The notes below the pieces were generated by a model that searched no databases, was not told the origin of the DNA, and saw nothing but the letters and a program-made list of their open reading frames with translations. Of a stretch of DNA of 64,000 bases, positions 48,301-60,300 are shown one piece after another. The stretch's first letter is position 1; each line of letters opens with the position of its first letter. Origin of the DNA: Antedon mediterranea (lineage: Eukaryota; Animalia; Echinodermata); assembly GCF_964355755.1 (NCBI RefSeq), contig NC_092678.1, positions 24,507,365 through 24,571,364 on the forward strand, read 5' to 3'. The translations under genes were made by a program, and so were the position numbers.

Positions 48301-51300
48301 GTTGCGAGAATATGCGAACGAACAGCCAACATTTTAATCAGTTTACAGTGTGATGCTTTTCAAAACGCGCAACGTGTTCAACGCTATGGGATTCAATTGT
48401 TTAACGTCGTCAATGAACGGTCAACGGGTTCAACACATTCAACACGCTCTATTGTTAACGTATTCAAAACGCTTTTTGTACTTAAAAATGTAATGTTGTT
48501 CGATTTATAAAGATTTAAATTGGTTCATGGGTGTCGGACACGTCAAATTTTTTAGTTCTTTCAAATTACATTACAACAAACAATGGGACAATTATAAAAT
48601 AAAAACCAAAATAGAGAAACAATATTTTAACTTTATCTCTTGAATCTCGAACAGCTAAAAAATGTAGGCCTAAATAAAATTAATTACTTCGTCGTCATTA
48701 ACGATCGTTAAATACGTCATAACACACGTGGTGTTTTTCTTGAGGAAACCAGGGTGGCGGCCTCGTGTGTTGATGTCAGTAATTTCCACGTTGTTTGATT
48801 TTACGACGTGAGATCGTGTTTTCCCCCGGAAGGCCTACAGTACAGTGTTAACTGTTAGACTTGGCATCGACCTTATTATTCGATGTTTTCCTTCACTAAA
48901 CACTGGGAAATATCACTGTGTGTTTTATTTGGTAACTGTCCGTTCAATACTTAAAAATATATCTAAGCTTCATATATATTTTATTTATATTAAAATATCT
49001 GGTAGTGACTGCCGATAGGTATTTTGCCTGTTGTTGTTACTGATCGTTCAGGCGTGCAATCGGCCAGTCTAGTGCTGCAGCAGCTAGCGTTGAAATAACT
49101 AATTGTTTACTTGACATGCTGATAATGACTTTCGTTGAATAAACAACTAAACGTTGAAAGCCGTTCAACGCAACGCAAACACAACGCAACGACAACGTGT
49201 TGAATGCGTTGGGATTTTTGCAATAATTCTGTCCTGTACTGTACGTATCGTGACGTTTGCGCCCAAAACCCTTCCTATCAAGCATTGTGCAAAGACGTTC
49301 TTGGTGAAATCAAGCTATTTACGATAAACCAGCTTATATCCCATACTGCTATCTAATGGACAATAACCTCACTATCCATTTTATGACTTTTACCTATTAT
49401 GAAATATTATGTTGTTATTGAAAAATTGTAATAATGCACACAAATTGTTCAATAGATACTGTACATACTTTTCATCTTTTTTTTGTGTAGTGTATTATAC
49501 CATATGGACAATTGTCTGAAATAAAAGTTGAATTAAATTGAAACTGTAATGTACTGTAATTTACAGGTTTTGGCTAAGGCTGCATTTTTTGTAAAGAAAT
49601 ACAATTAATTATTTATGTATTTATTTATTTTTAAACATTTTTATATTTTAATTATAGGATTTATAGTAGTTTTATTTCCCATCAGCCATTTAAAATTAAA
49701 CGTGTGACGACTACTGTACATGAACTCATGTAGCATTTAGATTTAAATTTTAATTTCAATTTAAAAAAAAAAAGTATACCGGTAATCATCATAAAACATA
49801 AAGAAAGCCTAAAAAACATTTTTACAAACACATATTTAAAAAGACACCTAATTAAAATAAATACATATTTAAACTTTCACTTATGTTTAAACGATGAAGT
49901 TTAATTACCTATAGTGCCTAGTGGTAATGTATTGATAAAGTAACTGTACATATGATAAATACTGATTGTGAAAGATACTGTAGTACTGTAGTTGTCTTTA
50001 CAATGTTTAACGCATGGCGGTTCACAACCCGTACTTTAATCCAGTTTTAGCATTCATTATTTATTATCATAATTAAGTCTGAATCTTTAGTCATTTAATT
50101 CATTTCTTTTTTTATCAGCAACAAATGCAAGAAGTGCTGGACGCAATGTTTGAAAGAAAGGTAAGTTGTTTATTGGCAAATCTTTCTAGAATTTAGGTCA
50201 CGACCCAATTGTTATATTGTTATATTTTGCCCCTTTCTCCAGATCACACAGTAGTTGTGCTTTCTTGCGTACAGTAGTGTAATTATCGACGTTTAACCCT
50301 CGGGCTAAACCATTCAATTATTCCATTGGATTGCATGATTGCTCTCTGGTTTATTGGCAACTATGTTTTAAATACTATCATTTTATTCTTGCATTAAAAA
50401 TCTTGATGTTATTTATTGGAATTATTCTATTACTATCGCATGTAATGTAATTCTTGTTTTATGTATTTCATTCAGCAAGCAGTATACTCTAGTCTCTGCT
50501 GTTGAATGGCAATTGTTCTCAAAATAAAAATTAAAAAAATCCATTGAAGTTATGCCAAGTGGGCAGGTATAACCCACCTCCTGCCTAGTTTTAATACTCG
50601 CACCCACTTACCCTAAGAAACCTCTAGATATCAAATCAAAGCCTATGTCCAACAAGTCTGCTTGGACAATCTAGCCTTTTTTAGCTTCATCTCTAAATTT
50701 GTATGTACAGTGTGTAAGTAATTAAAGAATAATTTAAGTTGTGCTCAACCCACCCTAGCCTAGTTTTAACACCCACAAACCCACCCGCCCTAAGAAACCT
50801 CTCCAGCCAGTCTGCATGGAGTAGCCTTCATCTCTAAATCTGTACAGTATGTCTATTAAAGACCATGAATAAATGATTCAATATCGATCATTCTTCTCCC
50901 TTAATGAACACCTAATTTCCTGTACTTTGAAAGCTATGGTAACTCAAGAATAATAAAAGGAAAAGCATTTAATTAATGATATTCAACACTGATTAATAAT
51001 ATACATATTGTATTGGACGTCTGGATATCTGAAATTATTAATGTTTTCCATCAATTTTATGAGTTTTTGATTCCTTAATCCATCCAACAAAATCTTTATT
51101 AAACTTACTGCTGAATATTGACAGTGTATTTTCAATCTAGTAAGAGTTTATTTTTATGTTAAAACTAATGCAAGTCTGTCTCTACTACTGTACTACAGAA
51201 CAGAATGGTAGTTGAGCTGTAGCTTGGTGGTTAACGTGCTTGCCTTCCAATCCCAAAGTCCAGGGTTCAATCTTGACCTGGTGCCAGGGTTGTATTAACT

Positions 51301-54300
51301 ATTACTCGCGACTTAGTTTATACTGTATTATTAATATAAGCATGATAAATTATAAAATAGTCTCTATCCCATAATTGGCGAGTTTCTCGCTGTTTGATGC
51401 ATGAATTGAAATAAAAATATATATATAAAAAATGTTTGGCTAGTCCATCATCCTATAGAATTAAACACTGGACACTGTGGTAAAGAGATTGATTTCTGGC
51501 TAGTCCATCATTCTATAGAATTAAACACTGGACACTGTGGTAAAGAGATTGATTTCTGGCTAGTAAAGACAGAGGAATCTTTGAAATATATTAAATCCAT
51601 TGCCCTTGAATACTTTGTTATTCAAATGATTTACCTTCAACTTAATCTATTGTTCAGTAGGATGCATTACCTAGGGTGTCTCCCTTCGTTTAGGCCTACA
51701 AAACGGTTGGATTCCAGCTGTGATCATGCACAATATTACACTCAGAGTTAAGCATGCATAGATCACACTTAAGCTTATCTAAGTTACTACAGTGCAATCA
51801 GTAAGTGCTTGTGTGATCAGTAAACTCTCTTTATACCTGATCAATACAGTAACTGTAGGTTTCAGAATGGTAACATTCGGCAAATGCTACAACTAAATAA
51901 CACCTAATACATTTTGGTTGGACGATCATGGATCACATGATAACAATACATGTGCCCTATCAGTACGCTCAACATAACGTGGTGTTTTCAGATTTTTATG
52001 TGACGAATCCTGGACAGTGCGACCACCATCAACAATGCTTACATTACGAGTATCGTGTGTAATTTTTTGCCTTTTAACATCTACACATTTCTACAACATC
52101 TTGAATATCTATTTCATCTTCTTTTACAGACAACACCTGGTGATCATGTTATAGACCAAGGAGATGATGGCGACAACTTTTATGTTATAGACGAGTAAGC
52201 ATCATTATCATTATTATTATTTAACATCATGTATTAACTGGAGTAAACCACTGTAAAGCTCTGTCCACACTATCGAGTGTGATGTGTCCAAATATGGTAG
52301 TGATATGCTCAAATATGGTAGTGATGTGCTCAATGGTAGTGATGTGCTCAAATATGGTAGTGATGTGCTTAAATATGGTGGTGATGTGCTTAAATATGGT
52401 GGTGACATCATCATGTCCATACTATATTATGGCACATCACATTTTGTTGTCACATAAAGTTTGATAGTGTAGACAGAGCCTTAATTATCAAACACCTCCC
52501 TTGCATAACTGGTAAACATGGAGCGTGACCTTAACCAATTTTTGCGTTAGTAAAATTTGAGGTCATTTGGTTAGGCACTATACTGTAGCATGGTGTTTGC
52601 AAGGTTGTGGGTTCTAATCCTGGATGTGTCGCCAGCATAGTAATTCCTACCCTCAGCCTTTACATAACCTAGTGTATTATTTTCATCTTAATTGGAATTA
52701 TCAATTATTAAAATTTTCTTTTTGAAAAGTGTTTTGATTTAATAGATATTTCTTTTTCCGTGTTGTTTAAATCTAATCTTTGTTTAGGCATGTCTGTCAC
52801 AAGCTTTTTGCTTTTTTGAACATGCATTCTTCAATCATATTACCTTTCTTTACACCATTTTGTATACTGTTTTAATTTGAAGAAAATAAATGTTACTTTG
52901 AATTGAATTGAATGTGATAATTCAACAATATAATGTGATTATTGATAATTATATTATTAATGATACAATATCATGTAGTATCTTTGTTAATGAATTATAA
53001 TTACTTTATATTACACTATTGAAAATACTATTAACTGATTAGGTTTAGAAATATATGTTTTTTTAATGTAAAGGTGAAATAGTTATAATTGGATTAAACC
53101 CATTACCTAATATAGCTTATAAATATTGATAAATAAATTGAACAAGAATTGGTATAATTGCTGAAATTAACTTTAAACTATCAACAAAAAATATGGAAAA
53201 ATGAGCATCATTAAATTGCACCTGATTCTCTGTAGTGTTCTAATTCAGATTCTTATTAATGACATAAAAACATATTAGTACTAATTCATCTCCAAATTCT
53301 GTATGTATCACATGTGTTGCCTGTATTATGTTAGGGTTGGTTTACGCTTACAGTATGGTCTACAATACAGGCTTCACATGTGATATACTCTATATTTGAC
53401 CCTGTATTAGAGTTTTCCTTCATACTGGATACCTTCATACAAATTGCATAATAAATAAAAAATAAAATATTATGGAATATTTATATAATATTAATGTACA
53501 TATAATTATGCTATGATATGATGTATGGTGTGTGTTTAGTTGATACTGTATGCTACTTGAATTTCCCAAGGGACGGTATTTTCTTGATTGTTCTTTTGTA
53601 CAATTCTCAAGTATCGTGAACGATCAGTTTCTACAAACAGTGTGTACGCATAGATAATTAGCTTGACAACAACCAGTGCTGGCTGGCATTCATCAACACT
53701 TTTTGTTTAAGATAGTTATAGAAATGCTGATAATTCTAAATTCTATATTGCGTTTTTGGCTAAAAACCATTTGTGGCATTGGTGAAAATGTTACCTGCAA
53801 TAAAAATACAATATGTAATAAATAATATTTATGTTTGTTGTTTTATTTTTTTATTTTATTTTCAGAGGTCAGTTTGATATCTTTGTAAGTGACAACAAGG
53901 TAGGAGCCTATGATAATAAAGGTAGTTTTGGAGAGCTAGCCTTAATGTACAACACACCAAGAGCAGCAACCATTGTAGCTACCACAGACGGAACAATATG
54001 GGCTTTAGTAAGTATAACATGAAGCTAAGTATCATCATATTGGAGTTAGTAAAGTATGACATGATAAAGTACAAATGAGAGTTAGATAGAATATTACATA
54101 CTTACAGTACAGTACAGTAAATTGCCAGGTACTAAAGTACTGTAAGTGTGCATTAAAGTATTTAGCATGGTAATATTTATTTCCAAATTAAGATTTATAC
54201 ATGGATTTAAAACATGTTCGAAGCATTGACCTTTGACCCTACCACAAGTTGACAATAGACATGATGGACATTGAGAACAATATTAAACGCATTATAATAA

Positions 54301-57300
54301 TACAGGCTACATGCTGTTGTATGATAATGACAGTATAATAATACAGGCTATATCCTGTTGTATGATAATGACAGTATAACAGCGTGCAACTGATTTAGTT
54401 CGGTACTCAACTGTGACTTGACAAGTTAGTGCGTGCATCGTGACTTAAGCACATGCTAATATTCAGACTAGTGTGAATCTAATATTCAACAGTTTGAATG
54501 AACGATGTACTCAAGTGCAGCGCTGCTCATAATACATGATTATCATAATTAGATTCTCACTTGATTCTCAATTAATTATTCATTATTCAATTTTAATCTC
54601 ATCTGTCATCTGTATGACTATGAGATTTTTTTTGTGATGAGTAAAAATAAAGATTGAACAAGAAGGTGTTTGTTTGTTGTTACAGGACAGAGCGTCTTTC
54701 AGAAGAATAGTGTTGAAAAATGCTGCGAAAAAACGAAAAATGTACGAAGCGTTACTTGAAAATGTACCAATGCTGAAATCACTAGAAGTATGTAATATTG
54801 CAAATTATTAACTACATCATTGTCATCATCATCTAATACATCATTATCATCATCATTGTCATAATCATCTTATACATCATCATCATCATCATTGTCATAA
54901 TCATCTAATACATCATTATCATCATCATTGTCATAATCATCTAATACATCATTATCATCATCATCTAATACATCATTATCATCATCATTGTCATAATCAT
55001 CTAATACATCATTATCATTGTCATCATCATCTAATACATCATTATCATCATCATTGTCATAATCATTAATACATCATTATTATCATCATTGCCATCTTTT
55101 ATTATCATCATCATTATTGTCATCATCATCATTATTCTCATCATCATTATCTTGCCATCATCATTCATTCATTATCATCATCATCATCATCATCATCATC
55201 ATCGTCATCATCATCATCATCATTTGATATCATCATTATCATTATCGAATACATCATCATCATCATTGTCCTCATCATCATTATCATCTGTCAATTTTCT
55301 CCCTCTTTCCAGAGGTTACTGACACTTGTTCCATGCATCATATCATCATCATTGTCCTCATCATCATATCATCTGTCAATTTTCTCCCTCTTCCCAGAGG
55401 TTACTGACACTTGTTCCATGCATCATATCATCATCATCATTGTCATCATCATTTGATATCCCAGAGGTTACTGACACTTGTTCCATGCATCATATCATCA
55501 TCATTGTCATCATCATTTGATATCCCAGAGGTTACTGACACTTGTTCCATGCATCCTATCATCATCATTGTCCTCATCATTTGATATTCCACAGGTTACT
55601 GACACTTGTTCCATGCATCATATCATCATCATCTCCACTTTTTTTTGTTACTGAATAATGTTTACTTAGTTTCAAAACCTTTAAATTGTTGACGTAGGTT
55701 GACAATATAATGTAGCATTATAATGTACAATTTAATGTACATTTACAAAATATGTCGCTCAACAACATACATAAACTAGAGGGCATGCCATAGAATGCCC
55801 TTAGGTATTATGTACTTGCTCTTTAGGTATCAGCTACCCATTTGTTCACCTAACACAAATACCACAATAAAAAAACAAAAATGACAACGATATATTGGCT
55901 GCAGCTATCATCAACTGCTGTCATCATTGAGTGAGTTTAATGCGTGTCTATTGGCTGCAGCTATCATCAACTGCTGTCATCATTGAGTGAGTTTAATGCG
56001 TGTATATTGGCTGCAGCTATCATCAACTGCTGTCATCATTGAGTGAGTTTAATGCGTGTCTATTGGCTGCAGCTATCATCAACTGCTGTCATCATTGAGT
56101 GAGTTTAATGCGTGTATATTGGCTGCAGCTATCATCAACTGCTGTCATCATTGAGTGAGTTTAATGCGTGTCTACGGGCTAGGCAGGCTTAGCTTGATTA
56201 ATGTTTGTTTACGATATTCATTTTATTCAGAATTATGAGAGGATGAATCTAGCAGACGCTCTCGTCACTAAACAGTACTCGGACGGAGAATGCATCATCA
56301 AGCAGGTATGATGAAATGAACATTTTTAAATTTATTGAAAATAACACAACTGGCGGTCAGTTTACTGTGAAAAATATTCTACTAAAAATAATACAATAAT
56401 ACCAAACATTGATTAAACTCTGACACCAATGTGACCTTTCCGATCAACTTGAGGAAGAGAGCGCACCTAAGTTTCATGCCTATAACCGCATCAATTCCAT
56501 AATTAATAAATAATACTGTATGCGTACTTTATGCTTACTTCACAAGTTTGTTCCAATTATTTGATTCCATTATATTAACTATTATTATTTTAAGCTCTGT
56601 CTACACTCTCAAGTGATGTGCCTAAATATACAGTAGTAGTGATATGCTTAAATATGGTTGAAATCATTGTGTCCATATTTTTACCACATAAAGTTTGATA
56701 GTGTATACAGAGCATTATAATGCATCATCCAAATATCAACATCATGCTGTTCTTAATGTTGATAGGATGCTGCTGCAGATGGCTGTTATTTCATTGAGGA
56801 TGGTACATGCCGTATTATGATGAAGAAAGAGGTAAAAATACAATCACATCATTTTTTCTATAAACAATATAATATGTGTTATTTTGTTTTTTTTACAGAT
56901 TGATAGTGTCTACCATCTCTTTAAATGTTTTTATTTTCAAACATAAAATGATATTAGTATACAATTAATGATATTAGTATACAAATAAGATACTGAAAGA
57001 GTCACAACTGCACACTTACAGACGTGTGAAGCTTGCTTAAATCAAGCGCATCAACAGGACGTGTCCATCATTATGCATACCTTCCTGTACCTTAGATTTG
57101 CTAATGATTTTGTGCCTGAAAAACTAAAGAGATATAAAACAACATAGCGTAAAAAAAAAGCGTGAAAATTAAATTAGTTATCCAACTTCTGTCTTACTCT
57201 ACCATGTCTAGGAGTAACTTAAGTTTAGTTATATTCGTTAATATTTTAGGAAAGCACCAACTGCTGATTCTTCAGTTACAAATTAAATTTTTTTTGTAAG

Positions 57301-60300
57301 TTTAAACAAAAATTTGGTTTCTAAATTTACAGCAGTTTGGTGAGGTAAGGGAGACGATATTGAATATAATGTTTTTGACTAATAAAATGTTCATTTATGT
57401 AACTAACCATTCCACTAAGTCACTGAGGAGCACTGTTGTTCACAATTCAATTCAATAAAACTTTATTATCCAAAATTAAAAAAAAAAAGGCAAATTTAAA
57501 TTCATAGTCTTAAAATTTTAAAGTTAAAGTAAGGGGAAAGTGTCCCCTTAACAGGGTTTCACCTTCTTATGGATTAGCTAGAGTTAAAACATGTACATTT
57601 CCTCTTAATAGAGGTGTCCCAATTCCTCTTAATAGAGGTGTCCCAATTCCTCTAAATAGAGGTGTCCCAATTCCTCTTAATAGAGGTGTCCCAATTCCTC
57701 TTAATAGAGGTGTCTCAATTCCTCTTTATAAAATGTTAAAGGCCCTGGGAGCACACTGACCGACCCTATTCCGGCCCTGGGAGAACACTGACCCTATTTA
57801 AAGAATTAAAATTTATCAACTAGATAAGAATTTGTCCAATTTGTGGTCAATTAGAGTTTAAAGGTCACTTTTTTATTTACAAGCTATTTGTTGATTTTGT
57901 TTGTTTTTGTGAGATTCAAGTTCACATTGATTGGTTATAAAAATCACTGTTATTATATATTGTTACTACAGAATTAGTAGTACCGTAAAACCTTGAAAAT
58001 AAGCCCAAGAGCCTTCTTTTTCAAATGAGCTCAAGATTAAGGTTGGGGGATGGGTGCTATTAAGGTTGGGGGATGGGTGCTATTAAGGTTGGGGGATGGG
58101 TGCTATTAAGGTTGGGGGATGGGTGCTTCTTTTCTAGGTTTTATGGTATGCTACACAAACACAGACAATTCAGTATTTCTTGTTTATGATGTTGTTGCCG
58201 TTTTTCATGTTATTTTACTGTTGGTGTTAGTTTTCACTGTAATACGTGTTCATGTACACATTCTGTTGTTATTGCAAATGTACAGTCTGTATGATATGAA
58301 ACACAACTGTAAAGTAATGGTAGTTATTACAGCCAATACTATGAACATACAGTGTTATAGTAAAGTGGCCATGATGGACTAACTGACATACTGCCTGACG
58401 CCAGAACTACTGACAACCATCTATTTGACAAGATTCTTTCCCTGAGCTCAGACAGTGCAATCAAGAGATAACAATGTCGTGAAAAAAGTGAATTTAGTAC
58501 ATTTTGGACCCCAGAGGTGTGCAGTGTCTTAAGCTGTGAATACTTGATGCTTAAACATACCAATAACAGAAGTATAGCAGTGTATAAAAGCACAGCATCA
58601 AAGCTGTGAACATTCATCAACACTTATATAGTTTATTGTAGTTGCTTTATTGTGTTACTTTAGTGATGTAGTTTACGCAGATGTGTCGATCATTAATCTC
58701 TTTTGTTTTTCCTTTTTTTCTCTCTCCATGTTTTTTCATGTGTGTGTAATTGGTTCATCTATCTTTATACACTATTCGCACCATGTGGCACTCGTGCATG
58801 TCTATTGACATCTTTAGTACGCTGTGAGTATCTCATCCACTATTCTAACTATTCATTAAGCTCTGTTCAGACTGCTGCTGCTGTCATGCATATTGCAACC
58901 ATTTATTATACTTAAGCCGATATACTGTAGGCAGGTCTATTTACAATTGAACAGCAATACAGCTACATCATCGACTGTTGGGTAATAAATCAATTTGATA
59001 GTCTGGTCAGACATTTAGTTGACATCACCTTAACAGTTATATTAATATCTTTCGGAGGGATATAGCGTCGTAAAAAAATGGTTGTGAGTAAGCATCTTCT
59101 TGATTGAAGCTCTCATAAAAAAAAATAATAAAATGCGCTGGCCGAGAATTAAGCGTTACTCTCTTAGAAATTCTCTTATATAGATTCTTAAATACTTTGT
59201 AAAGAATAGATATACATTTCATTTCTTAGTAAATTAAAATCATTTAAATTATCACTTTTATGCTTTAGTAGTTTTCATTAAAATGTCAGTCATGTGTGTT
59301 TACTTAAGCAAGAGATTGTAAAACTAAGTGTATGCTAATTTGTGTATAATTTGATTTTAATTAGGATGACCCATCAAATGAACAAGAGATAGCTGTCTAC
59401 CAGAAGGGTCAATACTTTGGAGGTAACTTGTTTGTCTACCATTTTGTGTCCATTTCAGACAACCAGAAAATTGCTACCATTTTGTGTACATATATCAGAC
59501 AACCAGGACACTGCTACCATTTTGTGTCCATTTCAGACAACCAGGACACGGCTACCATTTTGTGTCCATTTCAGACAACCAGGACACTGCTACCATTTTG
59601 TGTCCATATATCCGACAACCAGGACATCGCTACCATTTTGTGTCCATATATCAGACAACCAGGACACTGCTACCATTTTGTGTCCATATATCCGACAACC
59701 AGCTACTATTTTTTGTCCATTTAAACCCAAGACTCATTTATGGGAAGCCAACCAAGCTATAATTTGCAATTTGTTAATAATAATAATGGTTTTTTTTTAT
59801 AGAATTGGCGTTGGTAACCAACAAACCAAGAGCTGCATCAGTGTATGCTGTTGGAACTGTAAAATGTGCATGTAAGTGGTTTATTATTATATATTAATTG
59901 TCACTATTCTGTGTGTGTGTCACCTTTGACCCAAATCATCCATATTTGTCTGGTCTTGCTTAGGAAAGCTTGGTTCCCACTTGAGATATAACACAAGAAC
60001 TTTAAGCATCGTCAGTGAATTGACCAATCACAACGATGGATTATACGAACAGTCGCTTGTCATTGGTCAACACGCTTGCGTTGCATCTACGTACGTCCTT
60101 GCATCTCTAGCTTTGCGTTGCATCTCTCCTTGCATTGCGTCTCTGTCATTTTGTCTCTAGTGGGAACCAAGCTTTACTAGGACGTTAAGCTTTTTGTGTA
60201 GCTTCCTTTGTTCCGTTTTTTTCTTCTCAGTTGCTATACCATGTTTTCTTTATCTTTCAGTTTTGGATGTACAAGCCTTTGAACGTTTACTTGGGCCATG

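Larger units (their letters stand above)
42791..49388. mobile_element. Putative Kolobok-like non-autonomous host element containing the satellite, Sola2, SINE and Tc1-like insertions
   Basis: Termini AGTCATAGAAA / TTTTATGACT with flanks TTAA and TTTA (one mismatch). An inverted copy of the 53-bp satellite unit lies at ~49244-49295. Confidence 0.45.

Noticed and set aside
42405-52640. tRNA genes at ~42405, ~45324, ~51213 and ~52560
   Set aside because: They have A/B boxes, but no canonical cloverleaf or anticodon arm could be built. They are better explained as SINE heads.
55089-55520. Poly-His/Ile/Ser ORFs (metal-binding-like)
   Set aside because: Translation of an intronic (CAT)n microsatellite.
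57250-57295. Possible cassette exon in intron 10 (TTTTAG/GAAAGC...TTT/GTAAG)
   Set aside because: In-frame stop after five codons and poor donor context; nothing supports it beyond the dinucleotides.
59417-59875. Overlapping 92-152 aa ORFs in intron 11
   Set aside because: Produced by the 38-41-bp tandem repeat between real exons 11 and 12.
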